Part shown: positions 36,875-49,268 of the stretch, piece by piece
How positions within the stretch are numbered: the stretch's first letter is position 1
Layout: each line of letters starts with the position of its first letter
NCBI GenBank assembly: GCA_001662655.1
Contig: KV460208.1
Strand: one strand, 5' to 3'
DNA length: 64,000 nucleotides
DNA from: Pseudogymnoascus verrucosus
Lineage: Eukaryota
Position numbers and translations under genes: made by a program
Notes under the pieces: model-generated
Database searches by the model: none
Told to the model about the DNA's origin: nothing
Seen by the model: the letters and a program-made list of their open reading frames with translations, nothing else

Positions 36875-37885
36875 CGTGGATATATGGCCTCTGTGCGACG
36901 TGATTTTGGGTATATAATTTGGTAGAGAGAAGACGGTGGTGTCGCGTGCATCATATATATGCGGTGGTGGCGACGAGAACCGATATACGGAAGGGGGGCG
37001 AGGTTACGAGGAGACCATAGCATGCAGCACGACGCAGCTCGGGGCCAGACGGGATAATGCAGCTAACTCGGGCTGGAATCGTCAACTAAATTCCTGGGAA
37101 CTATTTCCCCTTCGGGGTTCTAGGGAGGACAGAAAGTATGGTGTCAAGAACGGATGCAGCATTGCCTGATGTGTTGTCGGCTTTTGACAGGTCCTGCGGG
37201 GTAAGCTCGAGTGGACCCGCACACCGTTCATGGGCGGCGGTTGGCCTCAACGTCACAAGCCATGGCTCGGCCCGTGACTGCGATTTCGCAAATAAACAAT
37301 GTAGTGTAAGGTGTCATGAATTATAAAATTAGACTTCTGCAGATACATTGACGATAATAACATGCAGTTTCTCTTGTAGCTAGTGGGAATCATAGGGATT
37401 TGTAGCGTGTTAGATCTCATATATATCCCTACTTCAATCTAGCTTCGACAATATAAAACCATGCTGGTTTGAGGAACTACTGCAATGCATAAATCTCAGT
37501 CCCACACGTGCTTTAATTAGCAATTACTTGGTAGGGCTCCGTGTGAGTTAGTACCTGAGCGTGCGGCGGGTTCTTATAGGCCACGAGAATTGTAGCGGCT
37601 CCTCGAATGCGACGTCATGACTTGACTTGAGAAACTGAAAATGGCAATTGTGCAAGCTAACAGGCTGCATATGTTCACCGACTTGCCTTTCCAGTCTTTC
37701 TGGCCAGGTCTATCCCTGTTAGTCCAAACTCTGTCCTACGGTGGCTCGCCACATATCGTCGCGACTGTCATTGATTGTGTGGTTGAAATTTGGTTCTTGG
37801 GTTTAATTTTGCGATCATAACTTGCCATGAAATCCTCAACTCACTGTCGCCCCTTTACATTAAACTGGAATGATGTTTCCCAACC

Positions 37886-40800
37886 TTAATCTTCTTCTTC
37901 TTCATCGCTTCCATCCTCTTCCTTCGTCCCATCGCTCTTCCTATCCTCCTCCCCCTCCCTGGACCCCATCCCACCCACATCCGCATTACACGCACAGTGG
38001 CACTCCGGAATCGGGCACTCATTATGCACCTTAAACCAACCTCTCGCATGGTCTGCATGGAACGCATGATCACACTTCATGCAGAAGCTCATGAAGTTCG
38101 CGAGTCGCTGATACGGCTCCACAGCGACACGATCCTTATCACTTCGCGGCATGCCTAGCGTCAACAGACAGATGCCACAGCGTGGCAGATGCCGTCCACA
38201 CTTCGGGCAGCTAATTCCCGCGTGAACGCCAGAGTTATACAGCGGGTTGCGGTCCCCAGTCGCAGAAGCCGCCGAGGCTTTCGGTGTCGAAGCGTTGGAG
38301 CCGGTATTGTCGAGATCGTTGGTGAAAGCGGTGTCGCAGTGCATACAACGTAGTGTTACTTGTCGTGGCCGCGGCTTAATAACAGAAAAGCCATCTCTAT
38401 CCCTACTCTTTTTAGTGCTCTGAACATCAAATCGGCAGCGATCAACGAAGAGGCGATTTTTATTGTGTAGGTCTTGGTAGTCGGCTCGCCACTGCCACAC
38501 TCTGAAGTCGTCAATGTACAAAGGGGCTGCAAAATGGATAATCAAAGTGGCAGTCTGATAGTCGCCGAACTTCTCAATATAGGCGCTGAGCAGGGACACG
38601 GCGCTGTCCGTAATTCCCGTCAGCACGAGGCCTTCGATGTCGCCAGTGCGCACGACTTCTGCGGTTTGTCGGTTGAGCCAGTTAGGAAGCTCAGTGTCGT
38701 CGAGGTTATGGAGCGCAACCCCAACTCGGTCTCGCAGTGGTAAAGACGATTCGTTGGCAATTGCGTGCCAATCTCCAGTACTGATGAGTGTATATATTGC
38801 CCGGAGATAGGGATCATCAGCCATGTCCGAAAGATCGGACATATTGTAGTCCCACTCTTCCTTTTTAAGTGGTGGATTTCCCTTGACTTGGAGGCTTAGA
38901 GCAAGACCGATGAAAAGAAGGTTCTTCCCTCCGCGTTTTAGAGATTCAACTGCTCGCTTCGGATTTTTTTCGAAGAGAGCCCATGCGGCTGCTACTGTAT
39001 ATTGCCCCTTTGCTTCCAGATCCGATAGGTCTTGCTCAAGCTCCGCTGGGGTTTTTCCCCAGCCACATATCGCGAGACACATTTGCCGGTGATGGGGTCG
39101 CTTTGTCGGAACGCTTTTGAATAACCCGCGGCCCGCCTTCTTATTAATATCCGCAAGAGCTGCGCTCCAGTCCTCTTCACTTGGTATGGCATCAGTGGTC
39201 GGATCAACCAACCTTGATCTATACTTAGCTCCAAGATCATTGTTCCAAATGCTCTGCACGCCCATGTATGCAAGGTTCAACGGGCCGGAAACCATGCCGT
39301 CACCAGCAGCAGCGCCTTCTGCACCATCAATCCACACCCACACGTCTTTTAGCCAAGGATCGTCCACAAGGATATTAGCGTTTCTTTGACAGTTAAACAA
39401 GTAGCCTTGTTTTATGCGGGCTATCATTAGAGAATTAATTCGATCCGGCCAGGCTTCTTTAGATCCAAGGTCATTCGATTTCCCAGAAAATAACTGTTCG
39501 TGGCGTTCCCTACTTGAGAGAATGCGACTTGAGAGTAATCCATCCAACCCTTTGCCAGAAAGTTCATTTGAACGGGCCATGGAGCTTTCGTCGGGCGCAA
39601 CAAGTACAGTGTCGAATTTTGAAGTAGTACCTGGGCTTGTCGGAGAAAGCGGGGGTTCGGATTTTTTTATCTTTCCGTCAGGGCCGAATTCAATATCCTT
39701 CCGTTTCTGCGACTCAAGCAGCGGTTTTAAAACGGCTTCTCTTTCTTTCTCGTCCGAAAACTTCGGTACGGTTCCCCGACTTGTATCTGGCATGGTGTTA
39801 GCACGGCTGGTCTGAACTAGGTTGAGATATTTCACATACGCTTTGCTCTCGATGAGAAGTCCATCAAGTCCAGAACAAGGTTTCGAGACAAAGATGGTTT
39901 CAAAATGACGCCCATCTTGTGATTGCTTCGTCGTGTGATAACTCTAGGCTGGTAGTACGAAGAGCCGAGTGTCACCCAGTCGAATGATACTATACGGTCA
40001 TCATGAGAATACCCAAAGTCCTCATTAAAGTAGGGGTATTGCAAATCATGTGACCTTTTAACTTCCAGCAACTCTGGTGATCCTTCAGTATCATTCTCAG
40101 ACATTGGCTCTATGTATTCTTTTTCGGTGCAAATGAGTTGCAACTCTCCAGCGCTGGAAAGGACGGCCAGGAGACCGCGCTGGTCCCGACAATACCTTAA
40201 ACTTCGAATATTCGTGTCATACTTCGAGTCGATTACTCTGTTGAGTTTCAAAGCGCATCCCCAAGGCACATCGCTCGAGTCTACTGTGTCATTGTACATC
40301 TTCGAAGCCACTTGGCGAGACGTAGCTCGGCGATCCCATATCATAACGGCCGGTGAATCAAGGGACGATGAAGCAAAGTAGTTAGGGTCCCTATGATCAA
40401 TCGCCAGATTATTGTTGCACCTTGTTTGAAAACTTATAACGGCACCATTGGGATCTATATGCCGTCAGCCAAGTTCAAATAGGTCTGCCGGGGAAACGAA
40501 CCGCGAAGGTCATGAATTCTGACGCTTTGATTCTTCACCCCCACTACCAACGTTTGGGGCTGGTCCTCAAACCATCGAGTGCTCGTTATTGCGACACTTG
40601 CTTCTAATTTATGAAGCGGATCAGCGGGAAATGGCGGCGTTTGCCAACCCTTCTTCGAAGGATCCCAATTTGATAGGCGCTGGTTTATATCCCAGATGTG
40701 CAGGCACTGGTCATTTCGTACTCGATCGAGGCCAACTGCCAATAGCCCGGTGGTATTGAAAGCAACTGCCTGGCAAGTTCTCTGGAGCTTCAATGGTAAT

Positions 40801-41078
40801 ATCATAGAGTCGTTCGAGCCATCATCTACGCGTAGGAGATGAACCTCTCCGCTCTTAGTCCCAAGAGCAACAAGACCAGGGTTGCTTGGGGACCAATCAT
40901 AGGTCCCAAACCCTTGGAAATCGGTGTATTTTGCTACATCCTCATAATCAAATTGTTCCGGGACAACCTGCCCTGTGGGTTTATGCAGTTGTAAAATCCG
41001 GTAGTTGACGTTGATGGATAAGAACTCATCTCTTGTCCGGTTGGGCGACCACCGGATAATGCCATCGCCGCGGTCCAT
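37886..41078 (-). CDS. SEA4: SEA/GATOR2 complex WD40-RING subunit Sea4/MIOS; 3 exons (41078-40502, 40454-39840, 39786-37886)
   Basis: WD40 region LLAVGLDRVRND, then DPYLRAI, LPLRDRVGVAL, GDIEGLVLTG and GDYQTA. C-terminal CPKCGRHLPRCGIC...CMKCDHAFHADHARGWF...CPIPECHCAC. Confidence 0.92.
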
Positions 41079-41502
41079 GATGAAAATACTACTCTTTTGA
41101 GTTATTTCGTCTTAGAGCCCTATCCATTGAACATGCTAGTTTCTTAATCCTCAAAGCATGCTGGATGATGGAGGTGATGCCGTCAGGTGTCAGGTGATGG
41201 AGGTTTGTCACCAGTCTCTTAAAGCCGCATATCGTTGTACAGAAACTTGAATAATGCAAAGAATACCTCAAAATATCATCCTAATAACCAATACATATAA
41301 AGAAGAGACAGTACAACTTGTAAGTGCGGTGCAATTGGATTGAAACGAAGCTCTACAGAGAGTGGACCGCGATAAGGAGGTTAATCCGATCCGTCGGCAA
41401 AACTTTAATCCGTTGTCAGAAAGTTACATCGCAAATCAACGAGAATTCAATCCAGACGCAGGAATACCTTTACAGTAACCCAACTTACTCCCCAGAGGCA
41501 AA

Positions 41503-42472
41503 ATGGCCGCCAAACGGTCACACGAGGATTTGGATGGCATCCATGAATCAAGACAGCCGCAGGTCCACCGGGACGACCCAAAACCTGCAAAGAAACCCCG
41601 CCGAGAGGGTCCTCCAAAGATCAGGAAGCAAGTGCACGCATCCAGTGTGAATGCTGTCAAGAAGCGGATACGTGATGTGACTCGTCTTCTTTCACGATCG
41701 GAGGATTTGCCAGCAGATGTCCGTCTCGAAAACGAGCGAGCACTCGCTGCTTACCAGCAAGAACTGAATGCTGCGGACGAGGAGAAGACAAGGCAGCGAA
41801 TGATAAAAAAGTACCACATGGTACGGTTCTTTGGTAAGTTTGGGTCCCCGAAGAGTCTTTTAACTTTTATTAACATCCGTCACAGAGAGACAAAAGGCGA
41901 CGAGAACGCTCAAAAAACTAAAGAAGCGCCTGCTAGAAGCGACAACCGGGGAGGAAGTCGAGGATATCAAAGCTCAGATGCACATCGCCGAAGTTGACCT
42001 TCACTACGCTCATTCATACCCGCTGAATGAACGTTACGTCAGTTTATATCCACCTAAGGGCGCCGAGGAGAGTGAAGACAAACAAAAGGATGCTGTGAAG
42101 CCACCGATGTGGGCAGAGATTGAAAGGCGGATGGAGGAAGGCACACTGAAGGAGCTACGGTACGGTGTGAGAGAGGGGCATGTCGAGAAGCCAAAGACGG
42201 TCCGGCAGAAACCAGCAACAACAAAACCACGACTTGCGTCGGAGACTCAGAATTCCAAGAAGAGGGCCGAACCAGGGGAACGTGTGGGACAGAAAGAACG
42301 TGTGCCGGAACCGCAGGACTACACCTTGAACCGCAGAGAGAGGAGGAAGGCTATGATTAAGACTGGCGCTTTAATAACGACGAAGGCGGCCAAGAAGCCC
42401 GCAATCCACGAGCCAATGGCTAACGAGGTGGACAATGATGACAACGGCAGCGATGGAGGATTCTTTGAATGA
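41503..42472 (+). CDS. EFG1: 18S rRNA processing protein Efg1; 2 exons (41503-41833, 41886-42472)
   Basis: KKRIRDVTRLL, KKYHMVRFFERQKATR and VDLHY..YP..ERYVSLYP motifs. This is the rRNA-processing Efg1, not the Candida APSES factor. Confidence 0.9.
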
Positions 42473-43090
42473 TTTGTATAGAACATATATGATTCTGTGG
42501 AGTTTTGATAACTTCCGGTATACCCAATACGGATACACACTTTTACATACCCTCATGACTGTTCGCCCCTCTTGAAATTAATTGAGGCATTCTGTATCTA
42601 CCGAAAACACACGTTGGCCGCCCAAAAGTTCGAAGTAGAACCGTGTGTGTGAAGCAGAGAAATTAATATGTTGTTTGCTATATTTTCGAGTAACTTGCTT
42701 GGATATTACAGCTTTGAGTGATTCAGAGCATTTACTTTATTTACAGTTTCTGTAAACACGGCGCTCATTCACGGTTTCTCTTCTGAATTTCGGGCGGCAC
42801 GAGTATCCTCAAATAATTGGAAGGTGCTAAACATGGTTCTCTGAGATGCAAGGTCTGCTTTAATGCATGTTCCAGTACTCCTCTCTTTCACCATCCTTGG
42901 AATGTTTGCTTCACCACACCGAAAAACAAACATCCTCAAGCCTTCCGAATTAACTTGCTACCTTCTTCACTAACCAAGTCCTCCAAGCTCACTTAAAGAT
43001 AGCATTGCTTTATTATATTAAGTTCTAATCTCACCTCTCTTTAGCCCTTAAATTTAGACACCATTCACAACTGTTGCTTCTCAGCTAGCG

Positions 43091-44022
43091 ATGGAGACCA
43101 CAGCACCGCAGGCAACACCCCCACCGTCAGGTGTCACATTCATAAGCATCGAAGATTTCGATGCCAGTTTTCCAGCTCCAGAAATCGGTCAACCCTATGT
43201 GCAACATGTTCCTCCACTAGTTCAGTCATCCACAGCGGACTCGAGCGTGGCGGTGAACGACAAGGCAGGCAGTGAGAGCGGGGGCTCCACCACATCGACT
43301 CCAGATCTGGGCACCATTAACTGGATTGGCAAGCTCCAAGGTACTTAAAGTCGCCTTCTCACTAACCCTAAACCCATATTAACTTTATCGTAGAATACCA
43401 CCAAATCCACCCCAAAGTAGGAAAACATGTATTCACAGAGTCCGCTACTCCAGGCTTCCCGCCTCGATTCGTTTGCTCTGTGAAAATCGGTGAGCGCCCC
43501 GAGCCATTCAACTCGACGAACAACTTCGGCAACAAGAAACAAGCAAAGCAGCACTGCTGCAAACTCGCCATCGAATGGCTTGTTGAGAACGGGCACATGC
43601 CTTCCATAGATTCTGTTTCCTTCCCGAAACAGCATCAGGTGGCTCCGCAGGCTAAGGCGGGGTCCACCGCCAGTGCCGCGCAGATGACTCCCGGTGCTGA
43701 AATCGCACAGATCTGTTTCGAGTTGCGCATGGGCCTTCCGGCGTATGTTATTAAGAGTGAGCCTGCTGGGTCAGCGCTTTGGAGCGGATATGCCCATTTC
43801 CCGTCCAACCACCTTGTTGACGGCCGAGTTGGAGAATTCAGGAACGTCTTTGGCAAAAATAATGCCAAGGGAGACTGTCAACTGGAAGTACTGAAGTTCC
43901 TGAAGGAAATTAAGAGGGATAAGGAGAGTGCGGTGTTGGATGATGGGGCTAAGGGGTGCAGGGAGACCGCGGCTATGGAAGGGGTCGAGGGACACAAGGA
44001 GGTCACGGCCATAGGAGCATAA
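43091..44022 (+). CDS. Protein with two putative double-stranded RNA-binding domains; 2 exons (43091-43340, 43394-44022)
   Basis: Spliced NWIGKLQEY...PPRFVCSVKI...FGNKKQAKQHCCKLAIEWL and a second unit IAQICFELRMGLPAY...FGKNNAKGDC..EVLKFL. Confidence 0.75.
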
Positions 44023-44069
44023 GGTAGCTTTGCTTTCAAGTCTGGGATATATTGCGAAGCAAACTTTCA

Positions 44070-44996
44070 CTAAATCATCCCCTTGCCGACCTCATCCTTC
44101 CTCTCCTCCCACAGCGTCTTCCCAGAACAAGAGCAGACAGTCTTATCGTTGTCCCAAACTCCTGGGCTGCGAGCAATCACTCCCACGAGAGTGTTGTCGT
44201 CATTCTTCTCAAACTTCCCCTCTCCATCGTGCTGCCTCGAAACCACGATGCTTCGCCCTATCATTTCCCAGATCTGGATTGGCTTGTCGATAAATACGCT
44301 TCCCAAACCATTTCCATCCACATTAACAGTTCCCAGACGGCCCTTTAATCCCTGTGGCCCTTCCTTAACTGGGTCTTTCCACATAGCTCCCGTCGATATG
44401 ACGCCTTGCGAAATATCGCCAGTCTCGCGGATTGTTGCATCGTACTTTCCGGGCGCCAGTCCACGTATCGTGAGGTCAAACAGGGTCAACGAACTTGAGA
44501 CCTGCACCATCCTTATAAGCCCCTTCACCTTGTCAGATAGTTGCTGCGAATGAGTCTCGAGGATACACACAGCAGAGCCTATGCTATTTAGTAAACTGTC
44601 TTCGCACGTGACCACATATACTTGGAGCTTACCGTCTGTAGTCCCAGTGCCCCGTAGAATGGCATCTCTCCCTGTTCCCTGGATCGCTGAAACAATTGCA
44701 GATGGCGCAGCTATATCACAGTCAGTTAAAAACACTGTTCTTCCAAGGACAACCATGTTCGGCTAGGTGGGGAATGACGAACCAGTTCCCTCGATGGATA
44801 TTAATTGGTCTTTTAAATTTGCATTAACTTTTGTAATTCCCTCAAGCTTGTGCAGCGAGCCAGACACGTCCTGGACACAGCTCTCACAGGTCATAGGGAC
44901 GGCAAATAGCGTCTAGTATTGAGGTCAGTTATGATTGTCATGGCGGGGCTCCGGAAAACGGAGTCACAGTACCTGGAATGGGGTAGTTATCGCCAT
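44070..44996 (-). CDS. CCS1: Copper chaperone for Cu/Zn superoxide dismutase; 4 exons (introns 44913-44972, 44711-44782, 44579-44632)
   Basis: HMA motif MTCESC, SOD-like domain (GLIRMVQV, MIGRSIVV) and C-terminal GVIARSPGVWDNDKTVCSCSGKTLWEE. Confidence 0.93.
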
Positions 44997-45438
44997 GGTT
45001 ATATTAATATCGGAGTTGCCGGAATCGAACGTATGGTAAAATCAAATCTCGCAGCCATAAAATTGTATAGTTTTGGGGGATTTATGGAAGTGCGTACAGC
45101 AGATGCTAGAAGTTTAGATGCTGAATAATTCATCACTGGACGGAATGACGATTGCGGTGCCCATTGATAATCCGTCCCGGAGCTACCCGCCGCGGGGTGC
45201 CCCACGTTTGGATTGTATGGTACCAGAAATTGAATTCTCAGGATCTAACGATGAGACATGCATTTTAAAGTTCAGATAGTGTTGATTCTATAGTGGCTAA
45301 GTCTTACCAGAATATGATGTCTATATCCATATCCAGGAACAGGTAGGTATTGTAAAAATCACTAAATCTAAAAACCTCCCTCTACTATCCAGCACAATAT
45401 CACAATCTAAATGCTCTTCACCCTTTGACTGCCCCAGT

Positions 45439-47322
45439 TCACCGGCTTAGCTTCCTCTCCACGAGGAAAAAGGAGCTTAGCACCGACGCCAACAAGACAA
45501 CAGCGGCGAGCCCAAAGGAAGCCGAGACCGCCTTCTGATAGCACTGGCGCACCACCTCCCTAACCTCCGGCGTCAGTTTCTCGAGGTATTCCAAGCTCTC
45601 CCGCACTCCCTGTACAATCTTCTCAGTCTCCTCCCCATCCCCCAACATCTTTGCCAACTGATCTCTTAGTCGCTGCTGCACCAACGCTGCACTGAGCGAG
45701 ACGCCCACTGCAGACCCGAGAGATCGGAAGAGATAGCTGCATGCTGTGACGATTGCCATATCAGACGGGTCGGCACACGCAACCAAGGCAATGAGCGTTG
45801 TCGTCACGGAGATACCGCCTCCGAGACCCGTCACGGCGAATGCGACCAGTGTCGCCAAAGTACTCGTCACAAGTACGCCGGAGCACAGGAAGATGGTGGT
45901 TATCCCCGTGACCATCATAGTGTACCCCGAAATCGTGAGCCAGTAGTACTTGCCCGTCTTCTGCATGATGATGCCGCCGCCGACGGAGCCGGTGACGGAG
46001 CCGATGATGCCGGGAATCAATAGGAGACCTGCTTCCGTGGAGGTGTATCCAGAGACGGCCTGGAAAAATAGCGGGACGTAAAAGATCATTGCAAAGTAGC
46101 CTGCGAAGGCGAAGAAGTTGCATATGAGTGGTGGCGAAAGCAGCCTGTTGAATATAATCCCACTTGGGGCAAAGGGGTGCGAGACGTAGTGTTCGACCAC
46201 CATGAATAGGATGTAGATGGGTATAGAGGTAGCCAGGAGCGAGATTGTCAGGGTGCTAGTCCAGGAAGTGTTCGAGCCAAGGTCGAGGCCCACTAGGAGC
46301 GAGCATGTGGCGATAATGAGGAGCGATGCGCCCAGGAAGTCGATGCGGCCGAGACGAGTGACCCAGTGTGCACGGGGTGCAGCGGGGAGGTCGAGCCTCA
46401 AGGAGACTGCGGTGAAGGCTAGGACGCACATTGGAACTTGCAAAAGGAAGGCCCTGTGTGTTCCGTTAGTCTTCAGACACAACACAATGAGTCGAGGGTC
46501 GTGAGAAAATCCGACTTACCATCGCCATCCTATCGAATCCGCCAGCAATCCGCCCAGTGGTGCACCGCTAGACGCCCCAAGTGCGTAGATAATATTGAGA
46601 TACCCCTGCCACTTCCCTCTTTCCCTCAGCGGAATGATGTCGCTCAGCAGGACACTCACCACCGTCGACATGCCGCCTCCGCCAATACCAGCAAAAGCCC
46701 GCGCAGCAATCAGCTCTCCCATATTCCGCGCCAAACCGCAGAAGAGGCATCCGATGCCGAAAATGGTGTAGGCGCTCAGGAGAGCCATCTTGCGGCCGAA
46801 GATGTCACTCAGCTTGCCATACAGAGGCTGGAAGGTGGTAAGGGTGAGGAAGTACCTAGACAATTGTTAGTTGGGGATGATCCCAAGAAATAAGGGGAGA
46901 ATAAGTACGCTGTGGCTATCCAGCTGGTGCTATTAAGAGCGTTCATCTCGCTGCCAATCTTGGCGTACGTGGAGACGATGATGGTCTGGTCCAACGCAGC
47001 GAGGAAAACCTGTATGCCTCGTTAGACTATAGCACCTAGAAGGAATCATTCGGATACTTACTCCGATCCCAACAGCAGGAAGCAGGATATACATTTTCGC
47101 AGCAACCTCTGGCAAGCCCTCCATCAACGGATTCGGCGCCTGCCCCATCTCAGGGGCCTCCTCGTCTCCAATTCTGCCATCGTCGCCGACGGGTTCCTCA
47201 ATAGGCTCATTGGGAACTATAGTCAATCCCCCATCTCTCGTCTTCCCATAAGCATTGGCGAGTAGGGGCGATGTTTCTGAGGGAGACGCATCGCCCGCAT
47301 TGTCTCTACTACCGAGAGCCAT
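45439..47322 (-). CDS. MFS transporter, DHA2/Vba-like (14-TMS) family; 4 exons (introns 47010-47061, 46856-46908, 46454-46519)
   Basis: FLAALDQTIIV, QPLYGKLSDIFGRK (motif A), ARAFAGIGGGG, LSDIIPLRERG and IDFLGA. Confidence 0.92.
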
Positions 47323-47741
47323 TCCGCGTCCCCTACTGGATGACGGGAGCTTTAAATGCTGACTGGTGTCTTAGGAAGGAGAATACTTCCCAGTAGGGCG
47401 GTATTGCGATGCTAAAAGTTCCCAGCCAGGCCCCACTGCGTTTCCTGCGATCGAACTCCCAACTATCGAGACGCACTCGCGCCTTTTTGCGATAATTCCC
47501 TGACCGACGCGGTTCGGAAGTCTCGATGGAGTCACCCCGCCTCGATTGCTCAGCAACAAGGAAATTCGACCGTGCTGATAAGACGCGATATCACGTGGTT
47601 AACTGGGCCTCCCCATCCGCCGAACTCGATTCCATAAAAATTAGATGCATTATTTCATATATAGTTATAATCCTCATACGCTGCTACTCGCTTCGCAACT
47701 TGTTCGCTCACATGGGTATCTAAACAGTGTCATCGCCCTCA

Positions 47742-49268
47742 TCACCTGTGCCAAGCGGCACCAGAACGGACAGGAACGTCCTCTTCGTCTCCCGCATCGG
47801 CGATCATCTCCTTGATCCAGACTTGCTCACTCATCATAACCTCCTTCTCGATCCTCCGCATAGTATCTAACTCTTCCAGCATGCCTCTAACCAGCGTCGT
47901 GTACCCCTCGACAGCGGTTGCGAGGCTGCTCTTGACCTCTACTTCTCCCAAGTCAGCGAGCTTATCCCTCCACTCCTCCAGCTTCCTAGCTTGGACTCTG
48001 CAATCATCGCTCCAGCTCCCATCAATGTCCTCGATAAACATGACTTCGTCGCCATCCAGGAGATGTCCTCTTTCACGCCCTTGGTGGATATCCACGACAG
48101 TGTGCATCCACCTTTCAAACCTTCTCACAATCCTGGCGTACTTTCCGCCTGATTCGCCCATACCCCACACGCCAGTAACCACCTCATCTAGAACCTGAAT
48201 CTTCTCCTCCAATCCCCATCCCGGCATGCCGCTGTCCGCCCATACTTTCAGGGCCAGGGCGTTGGTCTTGCCATGCTGTGCCTCCTCTTGTGCCACCAAC
48301 CCCTCGTGCTTCCTCACCAATGTCTCAAACTTGTGACCTAGCTTGTTCCTTGCACTGTCCCGCCATTGATCTTGTACCGATGCTGCGTCACGGTGAAGAA
48401 GGTGTAATTGTAATAATTCTGCTTGTAGCCGAGCTGTCTCGGCCGATATCGCAACGTTCGAGGGCAATTTACTCGGCGACGGAGCTGCCAGCAAGCTCGC
48501 TGTTGTCGGTTTCGGTGCTATAGATTTGGCTGGTGAATAATGCTGTTGTAGGGTGGAGAAGTTAGGGCGGTGTAGAGCCGGGTTGGGAGCTTGCTTAGTT
48601 TCTGACGGCGGCCTGAGAGTCGTCGTGGAGCTGAGTTGAGTGACTGAAGTATTCCGCGTGTGTTTAGAAGCTGGCGGTCGGATGGAGGGCGCACTGCCGG
48701 TAGAGGTGGTGCGGGCGTGTCGAGATGTGGTGCTGGGTCGTCTTTGCAGGCCAGTAGAAGACGCTTGCTCAGTGGGCGTCTTGGAGCCGCTGCGGAGGGG
48801 CGCGCCTCTCTGGTTGTCGGAAGACAGTGGTGGCCTACTGACGGATGGTCTGTTGTCGGAGCTCAATGGTGGTCTGGTTGTTACAGACCGTGGGGGCCGC
48901 ATAGAGCCATCGTTGGCTCCGGACTGGGAGCTTAATGGCGGTCTGGTCGTCACAGGCCGTGGTGGAGGGCGCATAGAGCCATCACTTGATCCAGGTCGAG
49001 TGCTAGCTGGCGCCGCCCTTTGCGATATACTGCCCGTTCGTGTGAGTCGTGACGTAGAAGTGCTCGAGCTGGGAGGTCTCATGGGCAGCTTGCTTGGGGA
49101 TTGGCTTCCCGTCCTGGCCGAGTCAACCAGGTCTCCACCGCGGCTCCTCCCCCCGGGCGCATCTGGAGCTTGTTCGCTATTCGACCCATTTAATCTCGAC
49201 TTCAAGTCAATCCCCGCATTGGGCTTTCGTATGGAACGCGTCCGGCTCGGAAGTGGTGCAGTTGCCAT
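47742..49268 (-). CDS. Hypothetical protein, 508 aa: basic Ser/Arg/Pro-rich N-terminus plus C-terminal coiled coils (candidate augmin HAUS8-like)
   Basis: Long intronless ORF. The CDS is secure; the function is inferred (see findings). Confidence 0.8.
   Translation of the reverse strand: MATAPLPSRTRSIRKPNAGIDLKSRLNGSNSEQAPDAPGGRSRGGDLVDSARTGSQSPSKLPMRPPSSSTSTSRLTRTGSISQRAAPASTRPGSSDGSMRPPPRPVTTRPPLSSQSGANDGSMRPPRSVTTRPPLSSDNRPSVSRPPLSSDNQRGAPLRSGSKTPTEQASSTGLQRRPSTTSRHARTTSTGSAPSIRPPASKHTRNTSVTQLSSTTTLRPPSETKQAPNPALHRPNFSTLQQHYSPAKSIAPKPTTASLLAAPSPSKLPSNVAISAETARLQAELLQLHLLHRDAASVQDQWRDSARNKLGHKFETLVRKHEGLVAQEEAQHGKTNALALKVWADSGMPGWGLEEKIQVLDEVVTGVWGMGESGGKYARIVRRFERWMHTVVDIHQGRERGHLLDGDEVMFIEDIDGSWSDDCRVQARKLEEWRDKLADLGEVEVKSSLATAVEGYTTLVRGMLEELDTMRRIEKEVMMSEQVWIKEMIADAGDEEDVPVRSGAAWHR

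Noticed and set aside
37170..37850. Intergenic stretch inspected for tRNA/snRNA
   Set aside because: No cloverleaf, A/B box or C/D box arrangement recognised.
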